A DNA stretch of 64,000 nucleotides, taken from assembly GCA_002189035.1 (NCBI GenBank), contig CM007991.1, forward strand, positions 2,790,001-2,854,000, read 5' to 3'. Below, piece after piece: positions 28,040 to 41,959 of the stretch (position 1 is its first letter; each line of letters begins with the position of its first letter). A model generated the notes under the pieces. The model was not told the DNA's origin. It was given only the letters and a program-made list of their open reading frames with translations, and made no database searches. The DNA is from Utricularia gibba (taxonomy: Eukaryota; Plantae; Magnoliophyta). The position numbers were made by a program, and so were the translations under genes.

Positions 28040-31000
28040 ATACGGCATCTAAAAATGTGATAGAGCGAAATGTCCCACCAAGCTCAAGCAGATATAATAT
28101 ATTTGGCAAATAGAAAGAGTCTAAAATGTACATACAGATTTCATTTTTGCATATATATGTCCCAACTTGGGCACTTCAAGATTTCGCAAGGCATTAGCTA
28201 GCCACTCGGATGCTTCAATATTCTGAACCATACATGCCTCATCAAATGATCCTCCAGTCAGACGAGCTGCATGCTGAACAATAAAGAAGAACAAGAAAGG
28301 AGCATTACCAGGTTTGCTGCCTATGTAATCTAAACTGAATTATTCCTTGACAAGTATTTTTCTGGCATAGACGTACCTCAGAAAGTATACGAAATCTATC
28401 AATGAGTGCATCAAGTTCCTCAACCAGTGATCTGTTATTAACAGATTGCATTTCCAATTTGTTATTACGGACTTCAATCTGTTAAAAAATAGCCATGTTA
28501 CATCCCATCCTATGTGACAACTGCAAACAAGAGAATGGTTGTATTCTTTAATCAATAAAGTGTGTAATATAATGGACAGGGGAGGCCATGCATACCGACT
28601 CAATATCCTCTCTCATGTGTCGCAGTTTTACATTGAAAATGCCCAGCCATTCATCCATATCCTCAATGCAGTTAGTGGCATGTTCAAGTCCCTGAAGTAC
28701 CTGCAATATAACGCCTTGAATGATAAATCTTATTTTTTTAACAGCAAAACCATAAATCTTATACTGCACACAAAAGAAAACATATCGTCAATACTGCATA
28801 TTCGAGACAGAATGAAGCCAGAGCACTGTAAACATGGCAAAATTAGGATCTTCATTGTATATTTTTCCAATTTATAGGGTGAGGTAAAGACAGTTCTACC
28901 CATTGATGAAAGAAATCACGTTCACCTAAAGATAGAGTAGACGTACCAATAAAAATTTACCTGTTGTATTAGAGGCTCGCTTTCCAAAATTGCATGGACA
29001 TTTGCAGCCTCCAAGGCTTGAAGCTCACGCTTCAACCTTTCAGAAAACGCTTCTGCTTCGCCGATTCCCATAACGTAACTGCACTTAACTAGATCCTTAG
29101 TACTTCATATGTGAAACCAAAAGTTGACTACACAATCCAATATAACCCATCCCGAATTAACTATAAAAAGGGACCTCTGATCTACCACACGACTTAAGGC
29201 GTACATTAGTAGTATTTAATCATTAAATAGCATATACATATCGTTAGCTTAAAAGAGAAAACATGCAGAATTTTGGAAAACAGAAAGCTAATATAGACAA
29301 TGTCATTCAGGCATCAGATAGCAACGGTAACAGAACAAGAGCAGCACCAAGTCGGAAGATAAAATGGCTGAAAATATTGTACAACTAACTATCCTGTGTA
29401 ACATCAGGGCATATGAAACAAAAGATTCTAACTTCAAGACCAAACTCCAATATATGTTACCTACACGTGATTTATCCGAAACTACTTCCCATAATAGGGA
29501 TGCGTAAATATGAAAGTGCAGAAAACTGGATGTATCCAATTAAGACACATACGCGCCTAGAAGTGCCTCCATATCCTCTTCCTCTGCTTGAGAAACTAGT
29601 TCTTTTTCAACAGTGACTTGCATGTCACCTTTGCTAATTACATCAATATCAGGTCCAAATTGGAGTGCTTCCTGCCCCTGATTAATTGCTTGTGTGTTGT
29701 CCTGAATATTACGTACAGAATCCAACTTTGAAATGCTCCTATAGAAACCAAAATACATACTCTTTTCCCGTTTAATCAAAAGATTTTCACGATTGGCACA
29801 TCCAGAAATTTGAAATGCTCCTACAGAACAATTTTTTTCGTGAATGGGAGAACACACTGGCACATGTATACAGTCTCTTTTGAATATTCAAGGTATCAAA
29901 ATTGGATGTTTTCAAAACGCCAGAATCGAGCCATACCAACACAGTAACAATGAAATCAGTGTTTCGAAAAGAAGGTTTTTACTGCACCTTTGCCCAGAGT
30001 GCCATCTCCACAACATCAATGCCAACAACTTTCGGGAGATGACCCAACACATCCTTGCACGTATTTAAAATGCAGAGCAACAAGCGATTCCTGTAACATA
30101 AGAGTGCAAATTTAGATGTAAAATAGGAAGAATTTACGATAAAAAAAACTTCAGCAAACCTGTCATCCACATTTCGCATTGTCCATTGAGGTGGAGCAAC
30201 ACTCTGACTTCTAAGATTATCAAAACCCTTGAGGAAAACAAAGCATCAAGGATCAGGTTGAGATCATATTCATTTTTTTTAGAACCCTAATTACATCAAC
30301 CAACAATACCAGCATAAAGGTACATCCAGAGGGATCATTTGTTACAACTTCCACTTTTGACAGATGCTTCAGCTTGTATAGTTTTGCAGCCTGTGACAAA
30401 AGTCCCCTATGAGCATCAATTATAGTGGAATGAAGGCAACAAGATCAATCATTACCTTCAGGAGCATTTAGGATTAGAGATATAATTCTAAATTTCTGTA
30501 AACTAGCCTATGACGCTTGTTGGTCAAAATAATCTAAAAGTTCTCTACAAGCAGTACTTTAATTCCCACCCTGCAATGCTTCCGAGAAAAACATTATTTT
30601 TTGCAATCATATACTATACATGGATCAAGGCATGCTCCACAGAGAACCGCGTTATTATACCACTAGTGAGTTCATTATCATTCGTTTACCTCAAGGACAC
30701 CTCCATTTGAATATTTGAAGATACGAAGGAAAGCTTTGGTCCGTTTAGCTTTTGTTTTTGCTGAAACATTGAAGAAAATTTAGCAAAAAACTTACACTAG
30801 AAGACCAGCCTGCCACCTGTCATTCTGCATCCAAAAGTAATAGAACAAACAAATGCAGCAACAGCTATCGATGCATGCAGGACATGAAGAGAAAAAATGC
30901 AATTCGCACGGAGTCTGCAAGAGTTGCTCGTTGCGTTCAACCAAATGAAACAGAAAATATTTCAATCTCCCAGATGAGGATCCAAAACACCGATTTGTAT

Positions 31001-31311
31001 CCAGCATTACAGACTAGAGAGCATTTGTAAGAGTTTTCATAATCGATCTCCAACCAGTATAAACAAATGATGCGTCAAGACCAATAGCGCACACACTCAA
31101 TTCAAAAAAAAAAAAAAAAAACGAAATGTAGAACAAAATCGGAATAGCTAACCTGAAATGGCGAGAACACGCGGTCCCAATTTTCCAGATTTTCCCCAGA
31201 TCCCCGACTCTTGGCGACTCTGATCGACATCAGTATCTTCTGTTTGGTGCCCTCGATCGCCGCCTCGCACGCACGCCGTAGCTCCGCGTCGTCGGCGCTG
31301 GATTTCGCCAT
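23806..31311 (-). CDS. SEC3: Exocyst subunit SEC3 (many exons), apparent -1 frameshift at 31202-31205
   Basis: [37 protein letters not shown]; [16 protein letters not shown]; [22 protein letters not shown]; [24 protein letters not shown]; [10 protein letters not shown]|[10 protein letters not shown]...LLASM*. Confidence 0.95.
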
Positions 31312-31711
31312 TCTCAGATGAATCCAGTTGGCGCCCGCTCAACAAACACGAGGGAATAGAATGAAACAGTACCCCGCTTAGGCCTTACCTAATTTCAATA
31401 ATGCCATTTAATTATACTAAATTCATTATTTAATATTCAAATAAATACCCATCTTAGGCATACGAAATCAGTCGTAATCCTTCCATTAAATGATAATGAT
31501 GACACATGACAGTTGAGAAATTAATCCATGGGTCTTAGTCGTGCCCTTTATGACACTTGACCGTTATGATCCTTCCCCTCGATCAAGATTGTATTTTTTA
31601 TTATAAAAAATCAGGAAATTGGGTCTCGGTCTCGGGTTCGGGTTCGGGTCGGGTCACTAGAAAAACTCTGGTTTACAAAAATAATGATATCTTTTACCCT
31701 GCCGTACCACG

Positions 31712-31720
31712 ACACGTGGC
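31712..31720. promoter_or_regulatory. G-box/ABRE (ACACGTGGC) in the SEC3-AFR head-to-head intergenic region
   Basis: Motif read directly, in a 744-bp divergent intergenic region. Function is not demonstrated. Confidence 0.4.
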
Positions 31721-32055
31721 TATAAGCTATTCGGTGGCTGCAGAGTTTCGGGATTCACACCGCTTGGTGAACTGTGAATAATGGAACTCAGAGGAAGAGG
31801 GTGTTCAAGGGGGGAAAAACGAGACGCTGCTGGTTTCTCTCTCTGTCTCTTGTGTGTGTTTTCTCCCTTTGGAAAAGTCCGAGAGTCCTTCCGGGTACCC
31901 AGCACGGGATTGGTTGTTGGGCTCCGATTCCGAATCAGAAAATGCATCATCTCTGACAACTGCTGCCCATTTTTCAATAATGTCTCAGCTTGCATGATTC
32001 AGAATCTGGGTTGGGTTTATTCATCCACGGATTGAAGGGTTCTGTTTTTTTCGAA

Positions 32056-33732
32056 ATGCTGGAAGTAGAGAGTAGTGGTGTTACAACTCGGTTCCCTCCG
32101 CATTCCGCGCTGTTGCAGACTTCAGTAGACGGCTCCGAGGAAGAGCTTACGGTTCTTCCGCGGCACACGAAGGTGGTCGTTACCGGAAATAATCGCACAA
32201 AGTCTGTCTTAGTTGGGCTTGAAGGCGTTGTCAAAAAAGCTGTTGGGCTTGGTGGATGGCACTGGCTGGTAACAAACTAGAGCAAAACTTGATTTGTTGT
32301 CTTCTACTTGAGCACCTTTTTTTACTAAAGACGTTTCGTTGCCTTTTTGTCTGTTTTTTCCTCTATCCATCGCATGCCAGCGCTTTTTGATCAAGGGGGT
32401 TATTACTCGATACGATTCTAGCCTTTCTTTGTGCATCCTTTTGTTTCATTACAGCTCTGTCTGCTCCGTGATGTAGGTCTGTTGACCTACAGATTGAAGA
32501 ATTTTTAATCCTGATTATTTTCGCTTCTTGCTAATTTTTGGCATAGAAATCTGAGGGGAATTTCGGATTTTATCCGTTCTCCGATCTGTAATTGCCCGAC
32601 ACCATGATCAGATGCTGTATCCAGAGTGTTCAGCAATATTATGGAACTAGAAGAAGGGAATTATGATGTGGGTTTTCTCCATATGCTCAGGTTCTTACAA
32701 ATGGAATCGAAGTAAAGCTGCAGAGAAATGCTTTAACTGTACTTGAACCACCGAATGGGAATGAGGAAGACGATGAGGCTGAATTTGAAGCTCCACATTG
32801 GAATGGGTCTGATATGAGTGAGTTCTTTTTACCGTGGCCATTTCTCTTTCTGAGTAGATGGCATTGGCTGGTTTATCTCATTGCATGCTGATCTGTCTTG
32901 CTGGTTTTGTTGTTTTTTTTGGGATTCATGTGTTTTTCTATCTCTAATCCCTGTGTTTGTTTTGTTTCTCGTTGTCTTTTGTGTGCGAACTTTGGATCAG
33001 TGTTATTGTGCTATGCTGTGTGATCCCTGCCTCCTTTTGTGACTACAGAGGAAGATATGTTCTTACTTCTCTTCATCTAGCTTGTTTTCTTAGCTGCTGC
33101 TCTATTGCCTTGTTCTTTTGGCCCATCAAGCAAAATTATCATGTCTTTCCACTTCTTTTCTCAGCATCAGATGACACTCAAAGGTCCCAGAAATCAAGGC
33201 ACCGGATCCACAGGCCGCTTGAGATACCTCACCAGGCTCCATGTCGATCCTTGTCGCCCGAGCACCAATCTAAAACATCACCTGTACAAAAATCCCATTC
33301 TTTTTGCACCAAATTCTTGAGAAGTAACATTAACGCATTCGATCATGCAGAAGGTGGACCTCAGCAGGCTTGAGATGGGCGCACTATGGAAATACCTGAG
33401 ACATTTCAACCTTGTCAGTGGTTTTATTTCGCCGGATCAACTCAAGCATCGACTACCCTTTTAGTAGCCATCTCTAATGTGACTTGCAGGTTGATGCGAT
33501 TCACATCCCCTCGAGAGAGCAAGCTGTGGCCATCGTCCAAAGGCACTTCATGTCACAGGCACAGACACTCATACCGAAAGCTTGTGTTGTTTCCTTTCTG
33601 ATAAAACAACTCCCTGTCGTTGACAAATGGTATCCACAGCAGCAACTGGATGAGCTCCAAGTGATCTGCGGATTCATTCAGGCAGCCAAGAAGCAAAAAA
33701 CGACCACCACAACAACGGTGTGCAGCAACTGA
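32056..33732 (+). CDS. AFR: SAP30-like histone deacetylase complex subunit (AFR1/AFR2 family)
   Basis: EEELTVLPRHTKVVVTGNNRTKSVLVGLEGVVKKAVGLGGWHWL|VLTNGIEVKLQRNAL; KVDLSRLEMGALWKYLRHFNL; QRHFMSQ..QLDELQVICGFIQAAK. Confidence 0.88.
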
Positions 33733-34500
33733 GATATCCTCCACATCCAGCTCCCCCTGATAATACCCCCCTGACTCCCACTCCTTTCCCCAGAAAACGA
33801 TGATGGGAATGCTTCATGTATCTACCATGCTTTTGCACAGATGTCCGTTTTGTATCATCACTGATCTGGTGACCCCTCTGGTAATAAATATTTCACTTCT
33901 GCATCCCCCCACTGGCTGGCTCCTCAGTCTAATTACATGGATAACATGATTAGTGTTACTAATCCATGATCCTTGTACTTAATTAATGTTGTCCAATCCA
34001 TTGGATTCAAGTCTTGGACATGGGATGATGCAGACTAGATGGGGAGGTTGATGTACTAAGTCTAAGACTAGAGCAACCCCACCTCTCACTAGGAGGTGAA
34101 AGGGCCTCATTTTTTTTAATTTAATTACAATTCTGTCGTGGGACCATCAAATATGACGTGTCATGACAGGAGTGGGCGGTTGACTAGCCCACAGAGACGA
34201 AGAAGACAACTCGGGGGGCCCATGTCTCTGCAGTGAAGAGGCACTAGTATGACAACGATGTTGTTGTGTGGTTAGAACTTGAAGCCTTGCTTCCCCATCG
34301 TCGGATCCCGGCCGTTGCTTTCTTTTTCCTTTTAAGATGGCAATGTTACTCGATTTTTATAGATGTCAGCAGAAACTGAGAGAGGGAGAGAGAGAGCTGC
34401 AGCGGGGGGGAGAGAACCAGAGGATTCCTCCCTTGCAGTTCCATGACAAGTCAAAAGCTGCGGGAAGAGAAACTCCACCCTCGTGAGCGGGTGACCGTAG

Positions 34501-35692
<1,192 letters not shown>

Positions 35693-37274
35693 CTCGACTT
35701 ACAACGAAAACAACGGTTCCGTTTACATTTCCGGCGATCCCTTCCTTCAATCCTCTATACCATGAACTGAATCAAGGGATCTAATTACCGTAGGAGCAGC
35801 CGACCTGCTCCTGCCTACTGATCTATATTCCCGTCTCGATAATCTAGCACTCTTCTGAACTTTTACCTTGCGAGTCTGTCATGTACATGAACTCTTCTTC
35901 AGCTACAGAGTTCATGTCTTGAGTGATGGCTGTATGATCAAGCCTAGGAAAGTTTGATTTGTGGTGTCTGTGCTTGACAATGCATTAGCCTTTTTTCGTT
36001 CAAAGAAAAAGAAAATTATGGCACGCATATGAAAGAAAGGGACTGGAGTGAAGTAGTGTTCACCCATTCCTCTTCGTGCTTCGTGTTGCTGCTCCTGGAT
36101 TTCATGGGGGCTTCGCATCCACGGCAAGAAGCTGGCAACCCCCCCGCAAATCGGAAGTAGTCCTCGACTCGCCTTTAAATCCACTCACCCAAGCGCGATG
36201 GCGTCGATTCTCGCCGAAGATCATCCTCGCCTAATCCATCTTCGACGAAGCGTCCCCCCTCGGCGTCAGCCGCAACCCTTTTCGTCTCGGTAAATTCGGT
36301 CACAACATCAACGCTTTGCGCACCCTAGGGATTCGGCGTTCCTCTCCGTCGTCATCTTTGTAAATTCCTTCTTTTGGCTAGCGAAATCCGGATTGATCGA
36401 TAAGAAGCATCTCCCCGGCGCTGCAGAAATGGAGCGCGCGGTGCGAGTTCGTGAGCTACTTAAGACCATAGGTGTGAAATCGAAGGAACTGTGAGAGATC
36501 GATCGATCCATCCAATCCAGATCGCGGTCGTCAGGGGAAACGGGAGATGGAGAAGAAAAGCAAGAGGAGGAAACATCCCCCAGTGATCCAAGATTCCGGC
36601 CAACGGGTCGATGCCCTTCGCCGACATTCGCCAACAGCTATCCACGAGACGGTTACCAGATGCGGTTGGGGGCTTCCATTATCCCAAATCCCGCGCATTA
36701 GCATGACAAAACGACCGTACGAGTTCCCAGGGCCGAGGGCAGGTCACAGGGCTCTCCCCATCCCCCCATCCCGTACGCACAGCAAGGAATAAAAGTAATT
36801 ACAGGGCAGGCCCCTGTCTGAACAAAGAACGTGGGGCGCAATAATGACCGATTTGACCCTTCATCCCTCCACCCATGCATGCATCCCTGTCGCCCATGAG
36901 TCTCGAGCCTTGACCAACCACCACCCAGAATCATACGATGCCGTTTTGGTAATTAAGGCATCAATTAATATGGAATAATCCCATTTGGGGAGGGGCAGAA
37001 TTAAGGCATTGTTTTATACCACACCCTTCCCTCCGCCAATCAATCATCGAGGTTCGACGTCATCCATTTGTACCGCCAACAATTTATATGCTTTCTTTCT
37101 CCGAGTTAGCTGTACGCAACCACAGGACGCGTAGAGACGTGGACACGCCGATACGGGGACTCTTCATCCTCGATAAAAATGGTTTACGTCTGTAGTGTAC
37201 AAGCTAATCGGCAAGGTGAATAGAAGTAACAAAAAAACGATAGGGTTTTAGATACAACAAGAGAAAAGCGGACG

Positions 37275-39022
37275 CTATAGGATGGATGGTTTTCGCTCTG
37301 GCGAATCATCGTCCCATGCACCGATGCCGGAGAGATCGGAGGCGCCGTTGATTGAGCTTAGGAAGCCGCCGCCGCTGCTTTCCATTCGGACACCAAGAAA
37401 ATCCAGTGTCGCCGTACCGTAGTCACCCTTACCACTGAAGAGCGGGGATTGTCTGAAAATGGATTCGTCGAAGGGGGACGGGACGTTGTTCCACTTCGAG
37501 GCGGTTGAGACCGATGCAGCGGCCATCGCCGAAATATCGGAAGTGGGCGGCGGTGGTGCCGGCCGACTGAATACGTGGAGAACCGAGGGATTGGAGGTGG
37601 TTGTTCCCATTTGCGCTGCTTTCTGGAGCAATGCGGTGGCGGATAAAACCGGCGGCGAGTTTGGCATGCAGTGTTGTCGGGGATTGAGTGGGGCTCCGGG
37701 GAATGAAGATAATACGCCGTAGAGAGAAGGTGACAGTGTCAGAGAAGCGGAATCACTGATTGGCCGGAACAACGTCGGGTAACACGGAGGCGGATTAAAT
37801 GACTGACTAATATCGGGTGAACCCACAACGCAGAAGCTCCCGCACTGCTCAGATACTCCCCCATCGGAGCACGGCGCCACCCCAACCTCAACACTCGAGC
37901 CGGTAAGCGAATGAAAATGGGCGGCGCTACGATTTCCTTGTAACTCTGCCTCCACAAACAATCCAAAGTGAATTTCAGTAACCGTAAAATCACAACACAG
38001 CAGCTATTAATTGCATGAAGAATAGCTTTAACCCCTCAAAAAAGAAAACCCGGAATTTTAGGTTACTAAACACTACCTGAACTTCCAACTGATGGAGCCG
38101 GAGATAAAACATCAGTAGGAGGAGTAAGTGGCGGCGGAGGCAGCGGAGAGGAACTGGAAGTTCCCGGAGGCCTCAGAATATGAACATTCAACTCTCCGGC
38201 GGGATCTGACCGGGTTCTTTCCTGCGCCAAGGCATCACAGAAAGCTCTGTGGGTGATAAAACTATCCTTTCTGCGGCAACCAAGCACATACACACATAAA
38301 ACAGTTAACTTCAACCTTCGTCAAATAGCCTGAAGTGAAATCAAATGTCGGACCTGGAAAACAAGGTACCGCAGTCGCAGCGATACTCACGAGTCCCACA
38401 GGTCTTAACGTGGGCTTTCAAGTCGGAGAGCACAGCGTATTTCTTAGAACACCGATCGCATCTATGCTTCTTCTCGCCGTGCTTCCGACAAAAATGTTTC
38501 TTAATCCCTGTAAGATCACCGAGCGCCCTAGCAGGATCATGGTGGACGCAAGTGGGTTCGGGGCAAACGTACACTCGTTTCCTAATATCTTTGCTCGTCC
38601 GCTGACGGAGCTTCCACGGCAAGTTGTGGCCGCGGCGGTGGAGTTGCAGGTTTTGGTCCCGCTGGAATCCCTTGTTGCAGATCTCGCAAACGAATCTGTT
38701 TGTTGCCAAAAGTGCTTTCGGCGATAAAGCAATTACTTCTGCGTCCGGATCTGCAGTAAAGAAGCCCCGGATACTCAAGAAGGAAAGACAGAATATTACA
38801 CCGCTTTTCTGCAGAGAGTGAGCGAAAAAAAAACAAAAGAATCCTGATACCTCGCATCCCTGAAAAACTCCTCTTTTTTTTGTTTTCAACGACGGGGGCC
38901 TTCGATTCGCCCCCTAATTTGCCAGCTTCGTCCATCGGGCGGCAATAACTATATAACACCTCACGGGAACAGCTCTCTTCTACTTCTGCTTCTCCTTCTT
39001 CCTCTTCGTCGTCGTCTTCCAT
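37275..39022 (-). CDS. IDD: INDETERMINATE DOMAIN (IDD) C2H2 zinc-finger transcription factor, 4 exons; start could also be ATG near 38936
   Basis: DPDAEVIALSPKALLATNRFVCEICNKGFQRDQNLQLHRRGHNLPWKL; RKDSFITHRAFCDAL; LSATALLQKAAQMG; TLDFLGV. Confidence 0.92.
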
Positions 39023-40949
39023 TATCCTACACCATGAACACGGCGGCGCTTGGAAGTCTATATGTAGAACAAGTGATGAAACAGGAACAGAACAAGTGAT
39101 GGGTGCCGGGAAGAGGAGCCGGGAGGGAGGGTTAGGATAACCAACCATGGTTAACACAAACCAGACCGTAGTCGGGCTTGGGTTCGAGACCCGTGGCCCC
39201 CAGCGGACGGGGTGGACTCCACGTGGTGGGATCGATTCCGTCCACGTGTACAGATGTAGGGTTATCCGCCCTGCATCATCAACCCCCACGTCCCTTTCCT
39301 TGTTGGTATCAACTTGTTAGCATTGGGATTGTAAAACAAAAAAACATTCTGAAATTAATTAAAAAGTTTATTTTAATGAAATTCCCATCATTGCCAAGTA
39401 TTCAATTGGGACTCGTACAGCACTAGAGTCAAAGATGAATCGTGGAATGCAACGGATATCCGTCACCACCCTTCCAAATTTTAAAGTTAGGGTATTTATC
39501 ACAACGTCACATCATTACGAAATCTATCTTATTTTAAAAATCACTCACAAATTTAGCCACCTTATATTAAAATAAGAAAAAAAACTAAATAAAGTTTTTT
39601 TATATATAATTTATATATTAATCTTGGAGATATACTATTATATTAATATATTTAAGTATAATATAATTTGGTATATAACATTTGATATATGAGAATAGAA
39701 GTTTAAATATATGATTAGTATAAATATAATTAACTCCCACCCACTCCATTTATGTATACCGCTTCTATATTTAAAAAAATGTGTATATGCGTGATATAAT
39801 TATATAAAAATCACATATGTATATTAATTAATCAAACAATAATTTATGTATAAACTTGATACTGTACTATAAACATCTTCTTAATGATCGATAGGTGGAC
39901 GGTAAGTCACATTGGTCCAATATTATTTTATAAATAAATATACTAATGTTCGAAGCTTTTAAACTCTGATGATACAATCATTTATATGTGTGCAATTTTC
40001 AAAATTTTATTTGATAAAATATGTCAATTAAAAGGTATTTGAAATTAGATACTGTTATAAAGATACAATTGACATATGTAGACTATGGGTATGTTCTGCA
40101 AAACTTTTATAATTAACTTTTAATTATAGTAAAGTAAAAGTTATTTTTTTTTCAGAACAATCTTATTTTCAAAAGTAATTTTATTATAATTATTTTTAAA
40201 ATCATATAATAATTTTTTTTTTTACATAAATCATAAGTTGTGTGTTTTTCAAGGGTTTGTAAAAACTTATTCCTTCAAACATCACAGTTATTGAATTCAA
40301 AAGTAAAAATTTATTCATAACACTACAATTTGTTTTTGATTCTATTAAGTTTAATTCTACTTTTTGAAAATTATTTCTACAACATTAAAAGTAAATTATA
40401 AAAGTTTTACACGACATATACTACTGTGATCTAATTTCAGGGGAGTGGAGGAGCCCGAACGTGGGAAGGATGCAGAGGAAATGGGGTGGGCATTTGTGCA
40501 ATGCAACGAGCGTTGATGATGTGGGGCATTCTGTGTGCGTTGTTGATTCAGCAGCATGAGTTGTGTGCACTGTAGGAGCAGGAGCTCATGATGGCCCCTT
40601 TTGATTCCGCCTCCCCGTCGTTATCTGGTTGCATTCAGCAAGATGTGGAGGTTCACTCATTTTCAAGATGTGAATCATGGGTGGCGTTTCTGGGAAATAG
40701 GGAGCATGTGCAGGGACACTTTGGTAACTCAGATCCCTCCTTCGCACTTAACCTAATGTCTTCATGCTATTGATTTCCCACCGTGCACGTATACTCTACA
40801 GTTCGAATCGGAGGAGAACGGGATGGGATGCCTGAGTGATGACGTGGTTGCTGCACGATGCTCATCGTGACGGCTACGGATCCCGATCAGCGCAACTCGC
40901 GCCGCACCTGAGATTATGTTGAAAAAGGTCCGGCCCGTTTTCATTATGT

Positions 40950-41022
40950 TGGGCCTGTTGCCCCGATTGCCTTCTTCCTTTTCTATATAAACCCTGCCCA
41001 TCGCTCTTGTGCATAAACCCTA
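40950..41022 (+). promoter_or_regulatory. Promoter of the snoRNA cluster: site II (TGGGCC 40950), TATA (40984-40991), telo-box (AAACCCTA 41015-41022)
   Basis: All three motifs are read directly. This combination is typical of plant ribosome-biogenesis and snoRNA promoters, and no protein ORF follows. Confidence 0.7.
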
Positions 41023-41282
41023 GTTTTTAAGCTCTCCCCTGGCGCGCTGAGGCCGCCAAGAAGGCCTGGCATCGCATGGAGGACCGATTTTGTTCTTGAA
41101 TTGTTTGTTGGAAACTCACTTCTTTGCGTTGGTTCCCTTTGTGTTGGTTCTGAAACGGTGTATTTCTTTAAAAGAGTTTTGTTCAAGCTCTGTGGCTTCC
41201 TCTGCCGATTTGGGCTTTCCTGCTTTTTCTTTTTTTGTTACGTTTTGCTGTGAATTGAAAATCGATTGTATACGAGACAATG

Positions 41283-41365
41283 GGAAGGCGTGTGATGTGA
41301 TATCTTATCCTACACACTGAATCTTGTGTTGACTATACAACTCCGCTTATTATCTGACGCCTTCC
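41283..41365 (+). ncRNA. Box C/D snoRNA with two 25S rRNA guides (snoR16-like)
   Basis: 8-bp terminal stem GGAAGGCG/CGCCTTCC; box C GTGATGT 41292; D' CTGA 41317; D CTGA 41354. Guide TTATCCTACAC is complementary to recalled 25S GTGTAGGATAA. Guide CTCCGCTTATT is complementary to recalled 25S AATAAGCGGAG. Confidence 0.85.
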
Positions 41366-41451
41366 TGTTCTTGGGATCTGTTTATTTGCTTATGCCTGCA
41401 ATGGTTGTGTTGATTTTCTCAGAAAAAAATGTGTTTTTTTACTGAAAGATT

Positions 41452-41543
41452 TCTCAATGATGAGAGAAAGCGGACGGGCGGACAGAACCTGATGCCGTGT
41501 TGAGTGTCTGCATCGTTCCTGCTTTAGGAACTTCTCTGAGATT
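41452..41543 (+). ncRNA. U43: Box C/D snoRNA U43 (SNORD43/snR70 homologue)
   Basis: Box C ATGATGA 41457; box D CTGA 41536. The signature GACGGGCGGACAGAA resembles recalled vertebrate U43, and GACGGGCGG pairs with 18S CCGCCCGTC. Confidence 0.85.
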
Positions 41544-41630
41544 CATTCCCCTTCAATGGGTTTACAACCAATTTTTTATCTTTGTAGCTGCTCTGCAAAT
41601 ATATCCTTCCCTTGGCGTTGGACAAACTTT

Positions 41631-41709
41631 GGCTATGATGCTGTAAACTACCTATTTCCTGATGGGGGCTTTCCCATATGATTAACAAACCAATGGATCC
41701 TTCTGAGCC
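41631..41709 (+). ncRNA. Box C/D snoRNA with 25S and 18S guides (snoR41Y-like)
   Basis: Stem GGC/GCC; C ATGATGC 41635; D' CTGA 41659 preceded by CTACCTATTT (recalled 25S AAATAGGTAG); D CTGA 41703 preceded by CCAATGGATCCT (recalled plant 18S AGGATCCATTGG). Confidence 0.85.
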
Positions 41710-41790
41710 TCACTTTCCTTGTCCATGCCATTACTTATAGCAGCTACTTCCCCGTCATTTCAATGTTTAATGTTCAAACTTTTAATAAAC

Positions 41791-41868
41791 ATCGAGGTGA
41801 TGAATGCTCATCATGAGACTAGCGATGATTGCCAAAAAATGCTCCCAGACTACAATTATCTGATCGAT
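41791..41868 (+). ncRNA. Box C/D snoRNA guiding the 5' region of 25S rRNA
   Basis: Stem ATCGA/TCGAT; C GTGATGA 41797; D CTGA 41860. The 13-nt guide CCAGACTACAATT is complementary to recalled 25S AATTGTAGTCTGG. Confidence 0.85.
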
Positions 41869-41959
41869 GATTCTTTTTTACTTGTTTATTTCATCTCTGT
41901 CCGTAGTTTATTCACCTTGTGACACCAGGCGACATGCGTGCAAGGGCTGTACGCCCTCA

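Noticed and set aside
39480-40440. About 1 kb of very AT-rich sequence, possible decayed transposon
   Set aside because: I could not find TIRs, TSDs or coding remnants by eye.
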